A stretch of 64,000 nt of DNA, taken from Octopus vulgaris. Lineage: Eukaryota. Positions within the stretch are counted from its first letter, which is position 1, and the number at the start of each line of letters is the position of its first letter. Of this stretch, positions 24,901 to 37,200 are shown one piece after another. The DNA lies in the NCBI GenBank assembly GCA_951406725.2, contig OX597814.1:20398001-20462000 (forward strand), in the 5' to 3' direction. The notes under the pieces were generated by a model. It ran no database searches and was not told where the DNA came from. It worked only from the letters and a program-made list of their open reading frames with translations. Position numbers and translations under genes: made by a program.

Positions 24901-27900
24901 TTTTCTGTTAGCCAACCTGTGATTCCACTACACCTTTTATGCTTAACACTGGACAAATTGTATAGAATTCTTACCTACTACTTTTTTTCACACAGGGCAA
25001 AGCCATTCTCCTGATTGCAATAGAGTCCTATCTTTTCTATTTACTAATACTTTAGGCGTTTCAAATTGCACTTTGAGTCCTCTTGATTTCAGGTTTTGTT
25101 TCTGTGTATTTAACTCTATCACAGATTCAGCTGTAAAAACTAGGTCTTTGCATAAAGGAGTTCCCTGGGCTGCCGGGCTTAAACTGTTCTATTGTGGCTT
25201 GCAGGACTGTCATGAACTGAAGGAGGCACAGACTGAGGCCTGGTATGCATCTCCCATCTTCTCACCCAGTTCATCATTGTGCTTACTGCTTTAACCTGAC
25301 TGCACATCTGTACATGGCTAATACAGCTCTTTATCACAAGCCATTCATCCACTCACAAAGCACAGGCTCTATCAAAAGCATTCTCTAGGTCAGGCGTCGG
25401 CTGCCAAACCTAGCTTCCAAAAGCATTGTGCGGGCCAACATCATATTACTACTTTTATTAGTAGAGTTTATGCTTTTGAAACTTGCCATAACAGAAATAC
25501 ATTTTATTAATCCTTTAATAATTCAAATTGCAGGGAAACAAATATAATGTTATTTAAAAAATTAATTTATAAACAAGTTAGAAACAACAGTTACATTAAA
25601 TTTCTATAAATTAATGAGAACCATGTCCTTGTACATTTTTGCTTAATTTCTCAATATCAGGTGCATAATTTATGACTTTTAGCTTCACACAAGCTTCTGA
25701 ATGTTGAATTGTCAGACAACTTCTTTGTGGACTCAAAACAGATTTTATATGTGAAAAAATTTGTTCATATGTATATGTTGAGCCAAAGGCTGAAAGCAGA
25801 GCATATGAGATTTTCTTCAAAGAATTAAATCTTTCAGACAACATCCAGCAATTGAAGATGACAACAGACTTCTCCAAGCAGCTTCTTCCAAGAGTTTTTT
25901 GTAATTCCACAAAGTTTGTTTTCCACAATTCTGAAGTTGTTAATTCTATCATTTCCATTTCAAAGCTATTGATGTGCATCCACTCAAAAAGTTATAGATC
26001 AAATAGGTTCATTTTCAAATCAATCCAGTTAGATTTCAAAGTCATTACCTCACTTGGAAAATTCTTCTTTCAACATTGCAATATATTTTTGAAGTTCATT
26101 TTTATTAACATTAAATTGATTTGAATAAGCTTTTACATTTGCAAAATATTTGTAAGTGTTGCCAAAAAATATCTAATTTTAACAAAGCATGATACAAGTC
26201 TGTCCAAAACATTACCCCAACTAAGCTAATGGAATTTACTGTGTAGTGGGAGGTCTGCATATTCGTTGTCCAATTCTTGTAGAAGGGACTTAAATTGTCT
26301 CTGAATCAGTGAAGAGCGAGAAACTATGAAGTTAACTATTTTAACAACAGCCTCCTTGACAGAACTCAAGCTTTGTGATGAAATTTTTGCAACTAAATTT
26401 TCCTAATGTATTATGCAATTAAAACTCATTACATTGCATCCAATATGATTTTCAAGAAGCTTAACAAATCCCTTTTTCTTTCAAACCATTGCACGTATAC
26501 CATTGGTAGTAATACAAAATATTTATATTAATGGCTTGATTTTTGAAGTCCTAATAAGTAGAAAGGTAGACAAATCTCAAACACCTTCAGGTAGATGGCC
26601 CTGCTCGATCTGTAGAAAAGGCGTAGGTAGGAACTCTATAAGATGCACCAAGTGTAAGCTATGGACACATAAGAGGTGCAGCAATGTCAAAGGAAGGCTA
26701 ACTAGGAATATAGTCTTTGTATGTGGCAGATGCTCTGGTGCAATAAACACTGAAAATGTGCAGAGACCATCTTCCGCCACATTCCAGGGAGAAAAACTAG
26801 AAATAGTTGATAGTTTCCATTACCTAGGTGATCAAGTCAGTAGCAGGGGTGGGTGTGCCGAAAGTGTAACTGCTAGAGTAAGAATAGCCTGGGCAAAGTT
26901 CAAAGAGCTCTTACCTCTGCTGGTGACAAAAGGCCTCTCGCTCTGAGTAAAAGGCAGACTGTATGACGCATGTGTACGAACAGCCATGCTACATGGCAGT
27001 GAAACATGGGCCGTGACTGCTGAGGATATGCGTAAGCTCGCAAGAAATGAAGCCAGTATGCTCCGATGGATGTGTAATGTCAGTGTTCATACCCGACAGA
27101 GTGTAAGTGCCTTGAGAGAAAAGTTGGACCTAAGAAGCATCAGATGTGGTGTGCAAGAGAGACGTCTACGCTAGTATGGACACGTGGTAAGAATGGATGA
27201 AGATAGTTGTGTGAAAAAGTGTCACACCCTAGTGGTTGAGGGAACCTGTGGAAAAGGTAGACCCAGGAAAACCTGGGACGAGGTGGTGAAGCACGACCTT
27301 CGCTCTTTAGGTCTCACCGGGGAAATGACCAGAGACCGAGACCTTTGGAAGTATGCTGTGCGTGAGAAGACCCAGCAAGACAAGTGAGGCTATAACCCGT
27401 GGCTCCTACCTGGGACGTAGTCAGTCCACCTGTGCATACCTTCCTTCTTGGGACACATAACTCTACTTGTGAAGACCTGTTGAGGCAAGTGAAAATCAAA
27501 TCGAAATCGATCAACATCAATGGAATTTGTAGTTTTGGTGCCAGTGTCGGTGGCACATAAGAGAACCATCTGAACGTGGTCGTTGCCAGCACCACATCGA
27601 CTGGCCTCCGTGCCGGTGGCACGTAAAAAGCACCATCCGAGCGTGGCCGTTCACCAGCCTCGTCTGGCACCTGTGTCGGTGGCAAGTAAAAAGCACCATC
27701 CAAGCGTGGCTGTTCGCCAGCCTCGTCTGGCACCTGTGTCGGTGGCACATAAAAAGCACCCACTACACTCACGGAGTGGTTGGCGTTAGGAAGGGCATCC
27801 AGCTGTAGAAACACCGCCAGATATGACTGGCCTGGTGCAGCCTTCGGGCTTCCCAGACCCCAGTTGAACCGTCCAACCCATGCTAGCATGGAGAGCGGAC

Positions 27901-30900
27901 GTTAAACGATGATGATGATTTACAAATGCAGTCAGAATGTCCTGTCCTGTAGTTGTATTGGTAAGAGGAATCAAACAACATAATTCTTCATAAATACAAT
28001 CATTGTCACAGTATCTTGCAACAATTGCTAGGCAGCAGCTTTTTGTAATCCAATTTTTTGTTTTAGTGTTATGTTTTCAGCTATATCAGTTATATGTTCC
28101 TCAGTTGATCTTGCAGAAGCTGATATTTCTTGAATTCGAGATAGTATTGTTTCAGCATTTTGTAATTCACTAAACAAAATTTTAGCACTTAAAAAAGCAT
28201 TTTTGATAAATTCTCCATCTGTAAAATGTTTACCTTTCTCAGCTATTCATTGAACAATTATGTAACTACATTCGTTTCCTTTACTTTTGGTTCCAAGCAT
28301 TTGAACAAAAACAGAAGTGATTTTTTTGTAACAGTTTCTTTTTATGGCTTCACTTTTCTCATCAGAGTTTTTAAATTTTAAATGTAGTCTGGTATCTAGT
28401 TTGATAGTGTCTTTGTACACTTGATGTACGACATATGACAAATTCACAGCAGAAAGCACACACAGCACAATCATTTTGTTGTACAAATCCATACTCAGTT
28501 TGCCAGAAATCTTGAAATGCACAAACATCAAAATTTTGTCTTTTGTTATTCATTTTGGGGCACTAGATATTGATAATTAATATTAACAAGTGTATAAACC
28601 CTTAAACCAGATTCTACTAACAAAAATAAAAATAATTAGAATAAAATAAATAGTAAAAAAATGAAATAAATCCAATGAATAAATTTTTGTAATGATAAAA
28701 ATAATTAGATTAAAATAAATGGTAAGAATAAACAGAAAAAAAAAGAAATACACTAAAAAAATCAGACAACTTGACTCACTAAGGAGAAATTGAAGCCAAA
28801 GAAAATAAGTATAATTTTTGACTTTTCATGTTTGTTTGTCTTTGAAAACCCTTCTCACTATCGTTTTTTTCTTTCCATTTAATATAACACTGGCCTCAAA
28901 ATGAGATAATAATTTTAAAAGAGTTTACTTATAGATGACCCACTAAGTAGGAGCCCATTTTTAAGAGTGTCTTTATTTAGACTGGCCGCTGTAAGGTGGT
29001 TAACTAATTTTAACATATGATCTGCACTGCTAAAATATACAACAAATTTTTTAAAAAACAGTCATTTGTAGCTCTAGCTCCTGGCTTAAGTAATAAAGTA
29101 CATATAAATGTTTTCAGCACCAGCTTACAAACAAAAAGTTAATTATGTTAACATTTATAATTTTGTATTGTCAAAATTATTTGTGTTCAGTAGTATTATA
29201 TATTTTTAAGGAAATATAATACTACCAAATACAGCTAACATCAGATAGAGTTAGAATAAATGGAGCATAAAAAAGACATGTAACAATATGATTTAATTAT
29301 TATGATGTCACCTCCTGAAATATAGTTATAAACAAAAATTGTGTTTATTTTTTTGCCAAGAGGTGTGCGTGCTATTGTAAATTGGTCTGTGTGCCATAGG
29401 TAGCCAACACCTGCTCTAGGTCAACAAATGCAATTGTCTTACTATGAAGATGGCATCAGTAGTACTTCTTTATGTCACAAAAATAAACTGTATTACATCT
29501 ATGTGAATTCTCTTCCTTCTCAATTATGTTGTAGCTTTTTCTGTAACCTTCATAATCTGGCCCAAAAGTTTGATATCATTGTCGTTTCTTCTCTTCAGTA
29601 TCTCATATTTGTTCTTGTAATTAACAATGATGGTGGTGTGCCATCATTGGGTATAACACCCTCCTGTAATTCCTGATTTACTATGTGGGTAACCAGATAT
29701 TTTAAACATCCTGATGGGCCAAGTGCCTCCTCAGATTTTATCTCTAATCTCTTTATCCACCATATTGTTGATCCCTTTGTTAGGTCTTCTTAGGGTAAAC
29801 CTTTTTCTCCCGTGCGTTCTCTTCATTACAATCTCACATAATAGCACTTCCATACATCTTCCTTTAAATAATCTGTTACGGCAAGAGTGGTGTCACCATT
29901 CTTTACACATTTCTCTCCAACAACATCTCTAGTTCCCTTCGGGCTTCTCTTTTTGCTATATATACTTAATGCCAAGTTTCTGATAACTTATTATTGCTTT
30001 TTGATGTTCCCTTTTAACCAGTCCTTCATAACTTGTCGTATTCTGCATTGTTGAGACAGGCTGTGAATATGATAGATACCTTCCTTTTGGCTGAGACCTT
30101 GCTATAGCCACAGATTTGGCTGGCCACCCTCCTTAGAAACTCCCAGTTGTCCACTACATCAGTATTTTCTATCTCCGCTATCTTGTCATATATATGCATT
30201 GATTAACATGTCTCTAAACTTACTGCAGGCTCTTTATTTTTCCAATGGTCCATGTTCTTTTTCTCTAGATTTTCTTACATTGAAGTCACTAACCACTAGT
30301 TTAATTTGATAGTGAATACAGTCTTCACTAGGTATAGACTTATCATTCACAACTGTCTTTTTTTTTTATGGCAAGAATGAAGTCTGTCTCGCTTCTGCAT
30401 CAGCTTGATTAGTAGGCGATTAGGTAGCTGACCAGTTTCTTGAAATTGATGTTGCAAATGATGAGGGCACATGAGTCACTTCAGGATCCTTGATCACTCC
30501 TCCACAACATACCATCATCATTAATGTACATCTTTCTATGCTAGCATGGGTGGGTTAGACAAGTCAGACTTCATTTGGATTACTGATATTCTAGGTGTGA
30601 CCAGGAAACCACTCCTTTCTTTCTGTTTTTATTTGTCATAGTTTCTAATGTGAACCATTTTACAGAGTATACTGGGTGAAAATTTTCACAGTACCAGTAG
30701 TAGAGAAATGATTATGTCCTTCACTTGACAAGATTAAGAAGACCTCTCAAATTGTACAACGTTTCTCCACATCTATCAAGCATTTGGAGTGTAACGGGTG
30801 CAGTTTTTCTGTAGTAACAGAGGTTGATAGGTCCTTGTCAAGATGAGATGAAGGGTCCTTTCAACAGTATGATATCTTGTCCATTCATCCACCACTTCAC

Positions 30901-33900
30901 AAAATGCACTGGATACATTTTATTGTGACACCAGTGTTTGAGGGTTCAGAATCCTCACTGTTCTATGTTTACTCCATTCATTCAGCATAATATGACCATT
31001 ACTGTTAGAAGTGGGAATGAATGCTGAAGCTGGAATTGAGTGAGAGAGAGAGAAAGAGGGACTGGGAAGAGAAATGGAAGAGCTAGTTCTGCAAGAGTAA
31101 TGAGTGGTCACAGGACTGAGTAAAGAGATAGATAGAAACAGGATAGAGTAAATGGCAGGTGACTGCAGGAATGGTTACTGGTAAAACGTTTGGGGAGGGA
31201 AAGGAAATTGACAGCCAGCAGTATAGAGAGTGGAGAGGTAATATTAGCTAATTGTGGGACCACAGGTGGTGGATAATTGAGATAGTAATGGAAAAGTGAG
31301 TGATTTATGTAAATCAAAGAGGGAGAAGGAATGCAGTGGTAGAAATGGTAGACAGAAGGGTAAGCAAAAATTTCAAATAAAAAAATTTGGAAAATATTTC
31401 GGACCTTCATCAGATCACAAATTCTGTTCATAATTCTTTGTTAAGGTTATCTCTACAGATATTCTAAACTTTTTCAAAAACTTACAAGGTTGTTTTTGTA
31501 GAAGTCCAGGAAATTTAATACATTTTTTAAAATCAATAATTTCACTTCTGCATACCAACTCAGGATGAGATGTAATGTGTGTGCGTGTGTGTGTGTGTGT
31601 GCATGTCCGTGCTTGTTTGTGTGTGTGTAAATTGTATAAGTCATTATATACAGTATACGTATATCATTTAATGTACATGTTTTGTGCTGATATAGGTTGG
31701 ATGGTATGATAGGATATAATCTCCAAGAACTGGATTGTGCTCCCTTGTCTGTTTTGGCATGGTTTCTACAGCCAGATGCCCTTTTGAATGCCAACCACTT
31801 TACAGCATGTATTGGGTGCTTTTTACATACCACCAGCACTAGTGAGATTGCCACATTGCTTGCAAAACTATGAACCCTGAGGGTGAAACGTTTATGCTTG
31901 GAGAAGAGGGATTAAAGGATGAGATTTCTAGCAAGAATTCTTGTTGTTGAGGAGCTATACGATTGCTCACATTTTAGATGAAAAGATGGAAGTGATTGGG
32001 TGGATCTGCAAACAGATAAAAATAGGTATCTTGGTGGACCTACAAGGTATGAAGAGACAGAGTAACCAGGAATGTGGGTGGAACTTACAAGAGTTTAGGG
32101 GGAGCGAGAGATGAGGAATTGGGAAGGGGAATTGAGCAACAACCGTAAAGATTGGGTAGGGTTGAAAGGTGGATGTAGTGAATGGTGGATAAAGTGTGGC
32201 TTGAGGGACAGCCAGTGAGTTGGAGGAGGTAGGAGAGAGTAGGAGATAACTGACAGTGCAGAATAGCAATGATACAGTAAACAGATGACTAAGAGAGAGA
32301 TGACATGTGGTTAGGTTGGTTGCAGGAGTCATCATTATCATTTAGCATCCATATTCCATATTTACATGAGTTGGACAGTTTGACAGGATGCAAAAAAAGT
32401 CAGAGGATTGTGCTAAGCCCCAGTGTCTGTTTTGGAATGGTTGGCTTCTACAGCTGGATGCCTTCCTAACCAACTAATATCTTGAGTGTGTTGGGTGCTT
32501 TTTAGTGTCACCTGCACTAGTGAGAGCACCCAGTTCCATGAAAAGTGGGACAACTTCCAGTAAACTGGAAATACTTAATGACAGCAGATAAAAAGGGAAT
32601 GGAAGTCTATCAATATCAGTTTTATTGTTGAGATTAAATCTTTGAATCACTAGAGACAAGAAAATGAAACATCGGAATACCAGGAAACTATTTTCCAAAT
32701 ACTAAGTAGAAAAGGTTTGTAAAATAAAATATATTATTTTGCTATGAGGAAAATTTGGAAATTTTTGTTATAAGTAGAATTTTCTGGTATAGGGTTCTGT
32801 CTAAAATGTTAGATTTCTCTTCCTCATAGGGAACTTCTTTAAGTTATAAGAATACGTTTGTCTCCTTGTTGCAAACATGTCCCATGTTTATATAGTTGCT
32901 TAGCCCCAGATCAGCTTTGATTGAGTTGTATTATGATCATAAATATTCCTACCATTACAACCCATCTTTTTGGGTATTTAGAAATACATTGTCCAAAATA
33001 TTCTTCCATTTTTCTAAGATGGTAGTGATTTTTAGGAAATGTGGCTACTATATGTAACAAGTTTAATGACCCTGCAGAGGCTCCATTCTTGCATCCTGTA
33101 TCATATCAACTATGACTGATGGTATTAGAAATAGTAAAATAAAAATAGCATTTGCTCCAACTACTGACACATATTTCCAATTTATAGACCTATAAAAGTA
33201 CCAAAACTAATTGAGTTAATTGGCTGTAAGACTATATCATTGGATGATTGTCAGATATCTATAGTTGATAAGAACAGTTCCTTTTACCAGTCATGATGAA
33301 GACATTTTTATCTTGCAATAGTCATTTGTACTTCAGATGTAAGTTGATACCATAATTATTATCTACTTAAAATAACAAGTAAAGCTCAAAATGTTGGATT
33401 CTACTCTCTTTGAATATAGTTTGAGAAAGATGAATTTTGACAAGTTTTGGTGGTATGTCATCATCATCATCATCATCATTGTTTAACATCTGCTTTCCAT
33501 GCTGACATGGGTTGTGCAATCCAATAGGTTATAGAGTTTAATCTCACCTCCACCACAGACACAATAAACGATAACTGATAATGACAGATTTATATGGGTA
33601 ACTTCTGGAATTTCTTTTATGTTTGATTTTTTCAGTTTATACACATCTGAGAGAAGTAGGATTGGTTTAGACACTTAGGTGTTGTACTAAATACATTACA
33701 TTAGTTTTGGTTTGTGCCTTTTAATTCCAATTTAAAATCTTATATGTGTTTGACTTTACATTTAATCCATTGGAGGATAAATTTTAAACAAATAGCCATT
33801 GATTTTTTCAGTTTATACACATCTGAGAGAAGTAGGATTGGTTTAGACACTTAAGTGTTGTACTAAATACATTACATTAGTTTTGGTTTGTGCCTTTTAA

Positions 33901-34172
33901 TTCCAATTTAAAATCTTATATGTGTTTGACTTTACATTTAATCTATTGGAGGATAAATTTTAAACAAATAGCCATTGATGCAATGTGGTATATCTCTTTC
34001 ATTCAACAGGAGTGGCTATGTTGTAAGTAGCTTGCTTACCAACCACATGGTTCCGGGTTCAGTCCCACTGCGTGGCATCTTGGGCAAGTGTCTTGTACTA
34101 TAGCCCCGGGCCGACCAATGCCTTGTGAGTGAATTTGGTAGACGGAAACTGAAAGAAGCCTGTCGTATATAT

Positions 34173-34208
<36 letters not shown>

Positions 34209-37200
34209 TTATGTTTGTGTGTCTGTGTTTGTCCCCCTAGCATTGCTTGACAACCGATGCTGGTGTGTTTACGTCCCCGTCACTTAGCGGTTCGGCAAAA
34301 GAGACCGATAGAATAAGTACTGGGCTTACAAAGAATAAGTCCCGGGGCCGATTTGCTCGACTAAAGGCGGTGCTCCAGCATGGCCGCAGTCAAATGACTG
34401 AAACAAATAAAAGAGTAATCTATTCATTGAATAAATATTTGCTTGTTTATTTTTGTTATATCTTTAGTTTGCTTTATTTTCAGGAATACATTGTTCGAGT
34501 GCAAAGGGGTGCTGTCGTTGAAAACAACTGGACCATTAAAAAGCGGTACAGTGATTTTGTGGCTTTGGATGCAGAGTTACACATGTCCAATATTGAACTA
34601 GCTATACCACCTAAAAAGATGTTTGGAAATATGGAACGAGAGTTTGTTGCTGAAAGGCAATTAGGACTGCAAGTATGTATAGATTTATCAGATTATAACT
34701 TATCTCATTTTAGAATCCACCGGTTGTGATCTTTTTCTTATTTATCATCATCATCATCATCGTTTAACGTCCGCTTTCCATGCTAGCATGGGTTGGACGG
34801 TTCAACTGGAGTCTGGGAAGCCCGAAGGTTGCAGCAGGCCAGTCAGATCTGGCAGTGTTTCTACAGCTGGATGCCCTTCCTAACACCACCAGGATGCCCT
34901 TCCTAACACCAACAAAGTTGAAAAAACCCCCCATATTTTGATATTATACGTGTTCATTATTACTATAATAATGGTTTTCCACACTAGTGCAGATGAAGGT
35001 AGTTAATTAAATTAACCCTTGTATTTGACTAATACTTTTTTTATGGTCTATAGAAAGATGAAAATTGACTGTGACAGTATCCAAGTTTGGAAAGTAGTAA
35101 ACACAAACTAAATATTTCAAAATTATAAAATAATCTCAAACCAAATCACACACACACACATATACAACAGGCTGCTTTCAGTTTCAGTTTCTACCAAATC
35201 CACTCACGAGGCTTTGGTTGGCCCAAGGCTATATTAGAAGACACTTGCCCAAAGTGATGATGATGATGATGATGATGATGGCACTTTTTATATTGTTACT
35301 GAGATAAAAAAAAAATAATAAAGCTTACTATAAAGTTATTTTGAAAACTTGTGTTTCATTATCTCCTAATTACTGTGAAATGACTGGCAAATAAGGTACC
35401 ATGCATAACAAACAGGTCACCTTCCCCTTCACTGGTAAATATTACAACCATCCACTTCTAGCTGTACATAGAACTCAAGGTCTGAAATAGTTGCCACAGC
35501 AATACTAGTATGTTGTCCCAAATCTAATGTTTTATCTAAAGAAGTATTGTTTTAGACTACTCCAACACAGGTTTTTTTTATGACTTGTTCTAAATGTATT
35601 TCTTATGTCTTCTACATGCCCTGTTTCCTTGTCATGACTTATTTCACCTTGGCTATATCAATTGATAGGAAATTGGAGCAAAGATTAAAAGGTTGTTCAT
35701 TTATGATCTGTACTCAACACTCACTGGTTTAGTCAAAGAAGATTTAAATAGGTATCACATGTTGTTGTTTAGCCCCCCACCCAGGCCCACTCTGATGAAG
35801 TAGTCTTAGAATCAAAAGTATTCCTGTCATGACTATCTGGTCTTTTGTTTAGGAATATCTTAAGTTGGAAAGAAAGTCCCATTGTATTTCAAGATTGGAA
35901 GAAACAAATGCTTCCTCAGTCTTAATTGATATATTTAATCAAGATAATAATATTTTCCTTCATTGATAACACAATCCCATCTGTTTGGCAAATTGTTGAT
36001 CCTTTGAGCATACAATTTTCTTTTATCTTTTACTTGTTTCAACTACTACAGCCCAAAGTAGAAGACAGTGGCATTGAAACTGGATCCATGTGATTGGGAA
36101 ACAAAATTCTTACCACACAGCCATGCCTGGTTTTGAAGCAAAAAATTATTCACTCGGTTCAGCAGGTCTTCACAAGTCTTCACCTGACAATTGGAGGTGC
36201 TTTTAAGTAGGCCAGTTATGCGATACTGGCACCAGCCACAACTATGATCTCACTTGGCTTGCCAAGTCTTCTCAAGCACAGCATATCTCCAATAGTCTTG
36301 GTCACTTGTCAACACCTTGGTGGGGACCCAATGTTCAAAGGTTGTGCTTCACCACCTCATCCCAGGTTTTCCTGGGTCTACCTCTTCCACAAGTTCCCTC
36401 TACTGCTAGGGTGTGACACTTTTTCACAAAGCTGTCCTTTTACATACACAACACATGACCATACCTGTGAAGTCGTCTCTCTTGCACACCACATCCGATG
36501 CTTTTTATGTCCAACTCTTCTCTCGGGTGCTTACATTCTGTTGTGTTTGTACACTGACATTACAAAACCTGCAGAGCATACTAGCTTCATATCATTCAAG
36601 CCTATGCATGTCCTCAGTAGTAACAGCCCATGTTTCACTGCCATGTAGCATGGCTGTTAGCACACAGGCATCATACAGTCTACCTTTCACTCTGAGTAAG
36701 AGGCCCTTTGTTACCAGTAGAGGCAGGGGCTCCCTGAACTTTGTTCAGCCTATTCTTATTCTGGCAGCTACACTTCTAGAGCATCCACCCCTGCTACTGA
36801 CTTGGTCACCTAGGTAACAGAAGCTGTCAACTACTAGCTTTCCTCTTTGGCATGTGATGGAATCTGTACATCTTTGGTGTTTATTGCACCTGTGCCTCTC
36901 CCACACAAAAATTATTTTCTCAGTTAACCTTCCTTTGATATTGCTGCACCTCTTAATGTGTCCATAGCTTACACCGAGTACATCTTATAGAGTTTCTACC
37001 TACACCTTTTCTACAGATCGAGCAGGCCATCTACCTGAAAGGATTTGTGGTTTGCTTGCCTTCCTACTTATTAGGACTTTGGTTTTGGCTAGGTTAACTC
37101 TAAGACCCTTCGATTTTAGACCTTGCTTCCACACCTGAAACTTCTTCTCTAGTTTTGGTAGTAACTTAGCTATTAGAGCAAGGTCATCAACATAAAGGAG

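Noticed and set aside
27535-27765. CRISPR-like repeat/spacer appearance
   Set aside because: The 'spacers' resemble each other, the array lies in a LINE 3' UTR, the context is eukaryotic and there are no cas genes.
34247-34483. Apparent N-terminal extension fused to PXK exon 2 (ORF 34247..34729)
   Set aside because: It starts at TTG inside a SINE. A proper acceptor at 34483 joins exon 1 in phase, so the open frame is likely chance.
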